DNA of 64,000 bases, from assembly GCA_964016885.1 (NCBI GenBank), contig OZ024740.1, positions 129,828,001 to 129,892,000 of the forward strand, in the 5' to 3' direction. Below, piece by piece: positions 16,301 through 28,125 of the stretch; within the stretch, counting starts at the first letter, position 1, and every line of letters starts with the position of its first letter. Source of the stretch: Eledone cirrhosa (lineage: Eukaryota). Position numbers and translations under genes: made by a program. The notes below the pieces were generated by a model. It had not been told where the DNA came from and made no database searches. It saw nothing but the letters and a program-made list of their open reading frames with translations.

Positions 16301-16965
16301 AAAAGTCGAACCAATCTAAAACTGCAACAAACCATCAAATATTTGCAAGAGCTACCTCTTTCACACACTACCCGATCCTTTTTCTTAAATAAATTAAATA
16401 TCACCCAGCAATAATTGCTTCCCCCTGGATATTAACTCTCTAAAAAAAGAAATCATATCAAACCACAGTCCACCATTTGCCTCCTTCACGGAATCATGGT
16501 TCAACTAAGCACTCTTGCGATATTAACACATTTTGAACTGCTTAACTTCAATGATTGTGCTTGTAAATAATATTATTTTTTCTTCCACATTGACTTTTTA
16601 CGTTCCACATTATGCACGTTTTTTTTTCTTTTCTTTTTTTCTTTTCACTTCTTAAACCTTGCTTTATATAACATAATTCTTTCTGCACCTTCTGTTTTAC
16701 ATGTGCGAAACCACACTAATACATTTCACTATCATTTGATAATGCATATAAATGCTGAAACCGGAAATAGACAATAATTAAATATATAAATATATAAATA
16801 AATGCCATTGTTAAATAATAAATAAATCAACTAATACCTTAACACATGACACAAAGTAAAACATTTCGTTTTAATCATTTTCTAACCCAGAAAAAAGAGA
16901 GACAGAAACAAAAAAGATATTTTGCTTCCACATAATCGTCTCTTTTTCCCTGTTTTCATATATAT
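13320..16965 (+). mobile_element. Penelope-like element (RT + GIY-YIG), degraded, bounded by inverted pseudo-LTRs
   Basis: RT motifs LVTFDVTNLYSNIPH (~14925), GTAMGTKVAPSYANL (~15122), YLDDCF (~15261), AIPYNLARRICRI; EN motif ENLIYVLTC..IGQTKNSLRQ. 13320-13635 is the reverse complement of ~16665-16965. Many stops and frameshifts. Confidence 0.9.
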
Positions 16966-16985
16966 GTATATATATATTTATATGT

Positions 16986-19167
16986 ATACAAGTTAATATA
17001 TATTAATATATGATAAACGCATACGTGTTTGTATTGTAAGATACAAAGTTAGCTAGAATGAAATAAACTAATTAAAATGAATACAATTTGTCTGTCTCGA
17101 TATAAGTCAATAAAGACAAGCTTATATTGGCAAAAGCCGTGATTCCTGGACAAATTTAACTTTCAAAATCTAAACCTGCACCGTAGATGAATTTGAACTT
17201 CGAAACCTAAATATGTTTCGCAAAGATGGTATAAAAATTAAAATATAAAAAAATTGAAATATACAAAGTGAAATATTCAAATCTTCTGTGCTTATCAACA
17301 GGAATCCAGTAAAATTAGTACATTTCACTTCCAAAAATGTTGCAGAACTGATTCACACGTGGTATAAAAATTGAAATATAAAAAAATTGAAATATACAAA
17401 GTGAAATATTCAAATCTTCTGTGCTTATCAACAGGAATCCAGTAAAATTAGTACATTTCACTTCCAAAAATGTTGCAGAACTGATTCACACGTGGTATAA
17501 TCAGCTATACTAGCCATCCCATACTCACGGTGCTAGAAATAACATCCGTTTATATGGGATTAAACATTAGCTCTACAGTTAAGGAGCAATAATATTATAT
17601 TATATTTAGAGTTTAAACTCAAAGTCATTTAAAATTAATCAGCTCAAAGAAAGAAGCATTTCCGAGCAGTGAAATACAAGTTAATATATATTAATATATG
17701 ATAAACATATATGTGTTTGTATTGTAAGAGACGAAGTTAGCTAGAATGAAATAAACTAATTAAAATGAATACGATTTGTCTGTCTCGATATAAGTCAATA
17801 AAGACAAGCTTATATTGGCAAAAATCGTGATTCCGGATAAATTTAAATTTCAAAATCCAAACCTGCTCCGTAGATGAATTTGAACTTCGAAACCTAAATA
17901 TGTTTCGCAACGATGGTATAAAAATTGAAATATACAAAGTGAAATATTCAAATCTGCTGTGCTTATCAACAGGAATCCAGTAAAATTAGTACATTTCACC
18001 TCCAAAAATGTTGCAGAACTGATTCACACGTGGTATAATCAGCTATACTAGCCATCCCATACTCCCGGTGCTAGAAATAACATCCGTTTATATGGGATAA
18101 AAAATTAGCTCTACAGTTAAGGAGCAATACTCTTATATTATATTTAGAGTTTAAGCTCAAAGTCATTTAACATTAATCAGCTCAAAGAAAGAAGCATTTC
18201 CGAGCAGTGACATACAAGTTAATATATATTAATTGTTTCTACTTTAGGCACAAGGCCAGCAATTACCCAGTGCATTACTGGTACTTCATTTTATCGACGC
18301 CGTAAGGATGAAAGGCAAAGTCAACCTCGGCGGGATTTGAACTCAGATCGTAAAGGGACGTAACTATGCTGGAAAGCATGGCGTCCGACCCTCTACCGAT
18401 ACTGCCAATCCACGCCCAAGTTAATATATATTAATATATGATAAACACATACGTATTTGTATTGTAAGAGACAAAGTTAGCTAGAATGAAATAAACTAAT
18501 TTAAATGAATACAATTTGTCTGTCTCGATATAAGTTAATATATATTAAATGCTTCTTTCTTTGAGCTGATTAATTGTAAATGACTTTGAGTTTAAACTCT
18601 AAATATAATATAATATTATTGCTCCTTAACTGTAGAGCCAATTTTTTATCCCATATAAACGGCTGTTATTTCTAGCACCGGGAGTATGGGATGGCTAGTA
18701 TAGCTGATTATATCACGTGTGAATCAGTCCTGCAACATTTTTAGAGGTGAAATGTACTAATTTTACTGGTTCCTGTTGATAAGCACAGAAGATTTGAAAA
18801 TTTCACTTTGTATATTTCAATTTTTTTATATTTCAATTTTTATACCATCGTTGCGAAATATATTTAGGTTTCGAAGTTCAAATTCATCTACGGAGCAGGT
18901 TTGGATTTTGAAATTTAAATTTGTCCAGGAATCACGGCTTTTGCCAATATAAGCTTGTCTTTATTGACTTATATCGAGACAGACAAATTGTATTCATTTT
19001 AATTAGTTTATTTCATTCTAGCTAACTTTGTCTCTTACAATACAAACACGTATATGTTTATCATATATTAATATATATTAACTTGTATTCCACTGCTCGG
19101 AAATGCTTCTTTCTTTGAGCTGATTAATTGTAAATAGCTGTGAGTTTAAACTCTAAATGTAATATAA

Positions 19168-19170
<3 letters not shown>
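16986..19170. repeat. Family C: ~538-bp unit in tandem, then inverted (junction ~18545), within (TA)n
   Basis: atacaagttaatatatatt at 16986, 17674 and 18212; internal ~133-bp duplication at 17228-17500; 18547-19170 is the reverse complement of the unit. Confidence 0.88.
18234..18416 (-). mobile_element. SINE with 19-bp TSD inserted into family C
   Basis: TSD caagttaatatatattaat at 18215-18233 and 18417-18435. Confidence 0.92.
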
Positions 19171-19233
<63 letters not shown>

Positions 19234-19357
19234 TATATACATAAGTTGAAATAAAATGAAAACGAAGTTTCATTTCTCACTCTTAGTATGGCACTTACTT
19301 AAATGTAAGTATGTATGTATACGTACATACATATATGTGTACAGACGTACAGTAGCA

Positions 19358-19451
<94 letters not shown>

Positions 19452-19605
19452 CATGCAGGTACACATACATATATGCACGTATCAGTTTAGCAGACGCTTA
19501 TTATAAGCCGCTTTGTTCGTTTGTAAACAAACTGAACAGCCTGAATTTATGCCATACGGTGTTAAGGCAACCACCTCACCTTTTTGCTCAACACTGACAC
19601 AGGAA

Positions 19606-19646
19606 CGATGTACTAGTTTCAAGCTTGTTAGCTATCATCAGCACCG
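19606..19646 (-). ncRNA. Type I hammerhead ribozyme (family A)
   Basis: cggtg-CTGATGA-t-agct-aaca-agct-t-GAAAC-ta-GTA-catcg; helix I 5 bp, palindromic helix III ACTAGT. Confidence 0.8.
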
Positions 19647-19884
19647 TATACCCATCTGCCAGATAGTTGAACGTTCGAAAGTATATACTTTCCTTATGAA
19701 AATTAACAGCTGAGCAGCCTAATTTGCATATTGATAAGTTAAATCGGTCAGGCATACCGAAAACGATAAGTTGAAATAAAATTAAAACGAAATTCATTTC
19801 TCACTCTTAGTATGGCACCTACTTAAATGTAAGTATGTATGTATACGTACATACATATATGTATACAGACGTACAGTAGCATGC

Positions 19885-19915
<31 letters not shown>

Positions 19916-20072
19916 TACATACAGGTACACATACATATATGCACGTGTCAGTTTAGCAGACGCTTATTATAATGCCGCTTTGTTCGTTTGTAAACAAACT
20001 GAACAGCCTGAATTTATGCCATACGGTGTTAAGGCAACCACGTCACCTTTTTGTTCAACACTGACACAGGAA

Positions 20073-20113
20073 CGATGTACTAGTTTCAAGCTTGTTAGCT
20101 ATCATCAGCACCG
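20073..20113 (-). ncRNA. Type I hammerhead ribozyme (family A)
   Basis: Identical to 19606-19646. Confidence 0.8.
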
Positions 20114-20353
20114 TATACCCATCTGCCAGATAGTTGAACGTTCGAAAGTATATACTCTCCTTATGAAAATTAACAGCTGAGCAGCCTAATTTGCATATTG
20201 AATGAGTTAAATCGGTCAGGCATACCGAAAACGATAAGTTGAAATGAAATTAAAACGAAATTTCATTTCTCACTCTTAGTATATACATATATATACATAT
20301 ATATATATATAATATTTGTATACATATATATATAATATATTTGTTTATATATG

Positions 20354-20420
<67 letters not shown>

Positions 20421-20461
20421 TTGTATATATATATAATATATATTTTTATATATATATATAA

Positions 20462-20508
<47 letters not shown>

Positions 20509-20576
20509 ATATATATATTTGGTGCGTTATGGTCTATCTGATTCCTTACCACAATTTTTTTGTTATATATATATAT

Positions 20577-21207
20577 ATAACGGAAAAAATGAAACGAAAT
20601 TTCATTTCTCACTCTTAGTACGGCTGTAACTTAAATATAAATTATGTATACGTACATACATATACGTAGACAGACGTACAGTAGTATGTATATATATATA
20701 TACATACATGCACACATATATATATATATATGTATGTATGGATTCACCGAACACTTATTATAATGCTCGGTGTGTTTGTAAACAAACATCCCGAATTAAT
20801 CCGTACAGTGTCTAGCCACCATCGTTGCTCATTTGTTGAACACTGACAAAGGAACGCTGTACTAGTTTCAAGCTTATTAGCTATCTTCCGCAACGTATAC
20901 CTTCCTGCCAGATGATTGAACGTCTGAACGTATGTACTTTCCTTATGCATATTAACGGCTGAGCAGCCTAATTTCCATATCGAGTGAGTTAATCGGCCGG
21001 GTACACCGAAAACGATAAACGGAAAAAATGAAACGAAATTTCATTTCTCACTCTTAGTATGGCTTTTACTTCAATATAAGTACCTACATACATATACTTA
21101 TACAGACGTACAGTAGTATGTATATATATATACATACATACATGCACACATATATATACATGTATGTATGGATTCACCGAACATTTATTATAATGATCGG
21201 TGTGTTT
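20577..21207 (-). mobile_element. Family A repeat, ~1.4 units
   Basis: HHR at 20855-20895 with a CGGAAGA core (U4 changed to G); helix I cgttg/cagcg. Confidence 0.75.
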
Positions 21208-23159
21208 TTCGAGAAGGAATTTGATTGGTTGGTCAATAATTTTAATAAATTTCGCGGCAGTTCGCGTTACAAAGTGTCCTCAAACAAGGGGGTGGGTTTT
21301 GTTTACAGGTTGTTTTTTCATATTTGAATTTATTTTTACTTAAAAAAAAAGGGGCTCACGAAGGCTTTTTTTCAATAAACGTAATTTGATTGGTTATCAA
21401 TGAAATTAGGCTGTCACGTGAACAGAACAAATACGAATGTTCATTCAAAAATATTCCTACTAAATTAATCATTTTCCTACACACACACACACGCATACAC
21501 AATATATATATATATATTCTCTTCATCTGAACATGCTAACCATACTCCCACACACATAACACCCATACACACACATAACAACCCCCACCCCCCAAACACA
21601 CAACTCCCTCTCCCATTTCTACTAATAGAATCACTTTCCTACACACATATATACACACACACAAAATATATATATTCTCTCCATATTAACATACTCCCAC
21701 ACACACACACACATACCACCCATATACACACACACACAACTCCCTCCCCCATTTCTACTAATAGAATCATCTTCCAATACACACACACACTCCCAAGCAC
21801 ACAAATAAACATACACTTTCTTTACTTCAATAGAAATCTGAATTCTGACACCCCAGCGAACTAACCATATTCACTGAACCAGAACAATTCTCCCATCCAA
21901 TATCTCTTGACCATTATCTTTTGCTTGTCATTAAATTCTCTAAAGATCTACACAATATATTTCCAAATAAGGGCCCGGAAATTTAATGAAAACTTATTCA
22001 CGTGACAGCCATAATTTCATTTATAACCAATCAAATTACTTTTATTTAAAAAAAGCCTTCGTGAGCCCTTTTTTTAAAGTAAAAATAAATTTAAACACAC
22101 ACACACACACAAGCACACAAATAAACATACATATCTTTACTTTCTTTATTCAATAGACAATCTGAATTCTGACACCCCAGCGAACTAACTATATTCAATG
22201 AACCAGAACAATTCTCCCATCCAATTTCTCTTGACCATTATCTTTTGCTTCTCATAAAATTTTCTAAAAAGGCTACAGAATAGATTTCCAAATAACGGCC
22301 CGAAAATTTACTGAAAGCTTGTTCACGTGACAGCCATAATTTCATGTTTAACCAATCAAATTACGTTTATTAAAAAAAAGCCATCGTGAGTCCCCCTTTT
22401 TTAAGTGAAAAGAAATTCAAACACACACACAACACGCAACACACACTCACACACACACACATACACACACAAGCACACACATAAACATACATATCTTTAC
22501 TATTTTTATTCAATAGAAAATCTGAATTCTGACACCCCAGCGAACTAATCATATTCACTAAACCAGAACAATTATCCCATCCAATTTCTCTTGACCATTA
22601 TAATTTACTTGTCATAAAATTATCTAAAAAGGCTACGGAATAGATTTCCAAATAAGGGTGCAAAAATGTAATGATAACTTGTTAACGTGACAGCCATAAT
22701 TTCATTTATAACCAATCAAATTACGTTTATTAAAAAAAGCCTTCGTGAGCCACCCTTTTTTTTAAGTAAAAGGAAATTCAAATATGAAAAAACAACCTGT
22801 GCCCCCCCCCCCCCCTTTGTTTTAAGAACTTTGTAACGCGAACTGGCGCGAAATTTATTATAATTATTGACCAACCATTCAAATTACTTCTCGAAAAACC
22901 TGGCATTTCGAGCCACTTTTTCCATATAAAACAAATAACATTCAGAGACCAACCAGATGTGAGAAAAACCACAAACCCTCCATCTCAACTCCACTTTTGA
23001 AAAGCAGAAGAACTGCGAATCGGTAAAGAAACCAAATAAATATATATATATTTTTTAAAATAAGACTCCAGTTGCATTTTCGATTTCATCTTTTTTCTTT
23101 ATACTTTCACTCGTGTAGGACACCTCGGTTATTTTTCATTTTATAAAAAAAAACGTCAC

Positions 23160-23165
<6 letters not shown>
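21207..23165. repeat. Family F composite repeat with internal ~340-360-bp tandem subunits and an inverted left end
   Basis: ctgaattctgacaccccagcgaactaa at ~21838, ~22162 and ~22522; 21207-21425 is the reverse complement of ~22680-22895; decayed HHR-like CAGAAGA-actgc-GAATC-g-GTA at ~23005. Confidence 0.8.
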
Positions 23166-23216
<51 letters not shown>

Positions 23217-23249
23217 TACATATATATTGATATAATCTTAAATCTTTGT

Positions 23250-24700
23250 TTAATATGTTTTTTGTGTGGTTGATTATGCTAATCGGGAGAGGAGATGGTG
23301 TATATATATTATCAAATGATTTTATGGAGATACTTTATAGTATTTTGCTGTGATTATTTAATTTATTAATTCATCATTGAGCCACATCGTGAATGGTTTC
23401 CAAAACATACATATCTGTGACTTTGTCTAATTTGTGTATATGTAAATCTTTATATTTGATAATTTCCCATAATGTTGAGGTGCAATTTGGGCAATATTGG
23501 GCTGCGCTTTCTAGCAACCAGCCCACTCGCCATAAGCCACCAATCACATTATTTCTAACTTGGCCACTGCCACGTCACTGTTCTTAGCCATTTTGAATTC
23601 GTTTCTGGCGGGGATCACTTAAGAAAATTCTTTGTCCAAATGAGTTTGTTTCCTGATGAGTTCGAAACCCGAGATTTGATCCTTGATAGGATATTTCCGA
23701 AAGCGAATGTAACCCTAAGGGTAAAAACCCATTCCTGGTATGCGTATTTGCATTTTTTCTTCTAACTTTAATTGTATAGCTAATTGTGTATGGCTAACGG
23801 TATATTTAATCGATATCCATGTGCTACTGAAGTGTTGGGTAAATGTTCTATAGCGGTTGATCGCAAATAAATTGCTGTCGTTTATTTATCTACTATTTCT
23901 TCATAGGTGCCTTTTAATCTTATAGCCTGGTTTAATTGGTTTTTTGTGTGTTTTATTATGCTAATTGGGAGAGGAAATGGTGTATATATATTATCAAATG
24001 ATTCTATGGACATACTTTATAGTATATTGCTCTGATTATTTAATTTATTAATTCATCATTGAACCACATCGTGAATGGTTGCCAAAACATATATATATGT
24101 GACTTTGCCTAGTTTGTGTATATGTTAATCTTTATATTTGATAATCTCCCATAAGGTTGAGATGCACTTTGCGCAATATTGGGCTGCGCTTTCTAGCAAC
24201 CAGCCCACTCGCCGTAAGCCACCAATCACATTCTTTCTAACTTGAACACTGCCACGTCACAGTTCTTAGCCATTTTGAATTCGTTTCTGGCGAGGATCAC
24301 TTAAGAAAATTCTTTGTCCAATTGAGTTTGTTTCCTGATGAGTTCGAAGCTCGAGATTTTATCCTTGATAGTATATTTCCGAAAGCGAACGAAACCCTAA
24401 GGGTAGAAACGCAATGCTGGTATGTGCATATGCATTTTTTCTTCTAACTTTAATGTTATACCTAATTGTGTATGGTTGACGGTATATTTAATCGATTTCC
24501 ACGTGCTATTGAAATGGGTACATGTTCTATAGCGGTTGATCGCGAATAAACTGATGTAGTTTATTAATCTACTATTTCTTAATAGGTGCCTTTTAATCTA
24601 ATAGCCTGGTTTAATTGTTTTTTTGTGTGGTTGATTATGCTAATTGGGAATGGAAATGGTGTATATATATTATCAAATGATTCTATGGACATACTTTATA
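23250..24700 (+). repeat. Family G tandem repeat (~680-bp unit, ~2.1 copies)
   Basis: Recurring tttttgtgtg..ttgattatgctaat at ~23258, ~23941 and ~24620; CTGATGA-gttc-GAAAC at 23653 and CTGATGA-gttc-GAAGC at ~24335. Confidence 0.8.
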
Positions 24701-24721
24701 AATATATTTATATATATATAT

Positions 24722-24811
<90 letters not shown>

Positions 24812-25027
24812 GTCAAAAATGTACATCTACATATGCATACTGAAATACTAGTGTGTATATGAATACACACACGTATACATATGTAGGTGTACCAAGTCTT
24901 TCACTGGTCGCTTTACAGTGAGCGGCCCAGCTATTCTGTATGTAAACACGCAGACAAACCGGTTTTTAGAGTCATACTGGTTTTTTGGGGAACACCTTCC
25001 CCCTATTCTCCAGAAAGCCAGACAAGG

Positions 25028-25072
25028 AATATTGAACTAGTTTCGTTGTTTTTACAACTCATCAGCAATATT
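25028..25072 (-). ncRNA. Type I hammerhead ribozyme (family B)
   Basis: aatattg-CTGATGA-gttgt-aaaa-acaac-GAAAC-ta-GTT-caatatt; all core nucleotides present, helix I 7 bp, helix II 5 bp. Confidence 0.9.
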
Positions 25073-25587
25073 TACCTATCTACCGGCCTTTCTGGAGAAT
25101 TGTAAAAGCACATATCGTTATATGCTTTTTCTATGAAAATTAGTAGTGGGCAGACTAATTTGCATAGAGTGTGAGTACGCACCGGTTCAGCGGAGACGAT
25201 AAAAACAAATAACGAAACGAAATTAAATTTTGCTTCGTTTGTAACTCACTTTTGTATGACTGACGCTTAAACAATTAAGTCAAAAATGTACATCTACATA
25301 TGCATACTGAAATACTAGTGTGTATATGAATACACACACGTATACATATGTAGGTGTACCAAGTCTTTCACTGGTCGCTTTACAGTGAGCGGCCCAGCTA
25401 TTCTGTATGTGAACAAACAGACAAACCGGTTTTTAGAGTCATACTGGTTTTTGGGGGAACCTCTTCCCCCTATTCTCCAGAAAGCCAGACAAGGAATATT
25501 GAACTACTGGCCACTACTAATTTTCATAGAAAAAGTATATAACGATATGTGCTTTTACAATTCTCCAGAAAGGCCGGTAGATAGGTA

Positions 25588-25632
25588 AATATTCCTGATG
25601 AGTTGTAACAACAACGAAACTAGTTCAATATT
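25588..25632 (+). ncRNA. Type I hammerhead ribozyme (family B, helix I core-proximal mismatch)
   Basis: aatattc-CTGATGA-gttgt-aaca-acaac-GAAAC-ta-GTT-caatatt. Confidence 0.8.
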
Positions 25633-26048
25633 CCTTGTCTGGCTTTCTGGAGAATAGGGGGAAGGTGTTCCCCCCAAAACCAGTATGACTCTAGAAACCG
25701 GTTTGTCTGTGTGTACAGAATAGCTGGGCCGCTCACTGTAAAGCGACCAGTGAAAGACTTGGTACACCTACATATGTATACGTGTGTGTATTCATATACA
25801 CACTAGTATTTCAGTATGCATATGTAGATGTACATTTTTGACTTAATTGTTTAAGCGTCAGTCATACAAAAGTGAGTTACAAACGAAGCGAAATTTAATT
25901 TCGTTTCGTTATTTGTTTTTATCGTCTCCGCTGAACCGGTGCGTACTCACACTCTATGCAAATTAGTCTGCCCACTACTAATTTTCATAGAAAAAGCATA
26001 TAACGATATGTGCTTTTACAATTCTCCAGAAAGGCCGGTAGATAGGTA

Positions 26049-26093
26049 AATATTGCTGATGAGTTGTAACAACAACGAAACTAGTTCAATATT
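26049..26093 (+). ncRNA. Type I hammerhead ribozyme (family B)
   Basis: aatattg-CTGATGA-gttgt-aaca-acaac-GAAAC-ta-GTT-caatatt. Confidence 0.9.
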
Positions 26094-26439
26094 CCTTGTC
26101 TGGCTTTCTGAATAGAGGGGGAAGAGGTGCCCCCCAAAACCAGTATGACTCTAAAAACCGGTTTGTCTGTGTGTTTACATACAGAATAGCCGGGCCGCTC
26201 ACTGTAAAGCGACCAGTGAAAGACTTGGTACACCTACATATGTATACGTGTGTGTATTCATATACACACTAGTATTTCAGTATCCATATGTAGATGTACA
26301 TTTTTCACTTAATTGTTTAAGCGTCAGTCATACAAAAGTGAGTTACAAACGAAGCGAAATTTAATTTCGTTTCGTTATTTGTTTATATATATATATATAT
26401 TTATATATAAATAATTAGTATATCTACCAACATATGTAT

Positions 26440-27225
26440 ACAGAAGTATACTTATGCAAGTAAGATATAGGTTTTGTCTTAGTAACTTTGTGGTTCAATA
26501 CAAAAATGTAGAACAATTATATGAAAGACGGAAAATAAGAAAATTATAATAATTATCTTACTTACTTAAGTTCTACTCCAACTAATTAGTTTCTGAAAGG
26601 GGATATAAATAGTGTTCAAAACCATGGAGAATTATTTTCTTCATCAGGGAGTCAATTCTCAGCTAAGATCCCTGGCGATAGGCGGACACGGGGAGCTCAA
26701 ACAAAAATAATTCAGTGAATGGAAAAGAAGCAAGCGTGGTCTAAATTTCAAGACATTGAAAATTTCACTACCTTCGCGGTCAGTGGCAAATCAAAAAGAA
26801 ACAATCACGTGACATCGAGGTTAATCAGTGAGGAGTGGGGTGTTAAAAAGACAGTAGCCAAAATATCACTATGAATCATAGTAAATTCAAAAGAAACAAT
26901 TACCTGACATCTCCAAATTATTTGTTGAGCAAAAATTTGCCTGAATTACTACTATGATTCATTATAACATTTTGGCTACTGTCTTTTTAACACCCCACTA
27001 CTCACTGATTAAAATCGATGTCACGTGATTGTTTCTTTTGATTTTGCCACTGACCGGGAAGTTAGTGAAAGTTTTAGTGTCTTGAAATTTAGTCCGCGCT
27101 TGCTTCTTTTCCATTCACTGAATTATTTTTGTTTGAGCTCCCTGTGTCCGACTATCGCCAGGGTTCTTAGCCGAGTATTAACTCCTTGATGAAGAAAGGA
27201 ATTATCCATGGTTTTGAACACTTTC
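26440..27225. repeat. Family D fold-back with a decayed HHR-like core
   Basis: ~26610-26890 is the reverse complement of ~26940-27225; CTGATGA on - at 26641-26647; homologous to 42813-43567. Confidence 0.75.
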
Positions 27226-27355
27226 AATTGAAATCCGATGCATAACTGATTCTTCGTTTTCCATTTTTCATACACTGCTCCGTTGGAGCAATGAGTGCTC
27301 ATCCACCATACCGCCTGGACGCATCTTAGCTACCATAACACCCACACACACACAT

Positions 27356-27433
<78 letters not shown>

Positions 27434-27454
27434 TATTATTATTATATATATTAT

Positions 27455-27660
27455 GAAGAAATTGTGGTAAGGAACCAGGTGGACCGTAACGCAACATACT
27501 ACTCTATACTTTGGTTTTAAAGTGGGTAGTAGGAACAGGAACAGGTCCCCGACAGCAGACCTCAAGCCGTTTCGACGGCTATTTCTGGACTGGTTGTTTA
27601 GTAAATGCGGGAATATTATAGACGTGTTGTTTGCCACACTATTCAAAATAGCAGCTAGGT
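27455..27660 (-). repeat. Family E short repeat (also at ~20520-20560 and 42545-42730)
   Basis: gaaattgtggtaag..accaggtggacc and gccgtttcgacggcta are shared among copies. Confidence 0.65.
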
Positions 27661-27694
27661 ACAACGTTTATCTCTCTACACATATCTAGAATAT

Positions 27695-28037
27695 ACATAA
27701 AATGAGATCAATATCCCCACAGGTACTAAGTACCCACGAAAATATATAGGGTGTCTATAATACAGTTGTTGTTCTATGGTATTAATTTGAGATACGAGAA
27801 CTATGAAATTAAGATGAGCGGAACAAGCAAACTTTAAACATTCTTTTTAAATAAATTAAAATCCAATTTAAATATTTAAATTAGATTTTAATTTATTTTA
27901 AAAGAAGTTTTAAAGTTTGCTTGTTCCGCTCATCTCAATTTCATAGTTTTATCTCAAATTAATACCATAGAACAAGGACTGTATTATAGACACCCTATGC
28001 ATTTCCGTGGGTACTTATTACCTGTTGGGATATTAAC

Positions 28038-28048
<11 letters not shown>
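27695..28048. repeat. Imperfect ~350-bp palindrome, centre 27873/27874
   Basis: Arms reverse-complementary with scattered mismatches; no spacer; right end abuts (TA)n. Confidence 0.85.

Positions 28049-28125
<77 letters not shown>

Larger units (their letters stand above)
19242..20282 (-). mobile_element. Family A tandem dimer (467-bp HHR-to-HHR spacing), retrozyme-like
   Basis: Two near-identical units, each with an intact HHR core. Confidence 0.85.
24806..26385. mobile_element. Family B: 467-bp HHR repeat, 1.5 units on - joined to ~1.9 units on +, inside (TA)n (retrozyme-like)
   Basis: aattaagtcaaaaatg at 24806 and 25273; inversion junction at 25506/25507. Confidence 0.9.
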
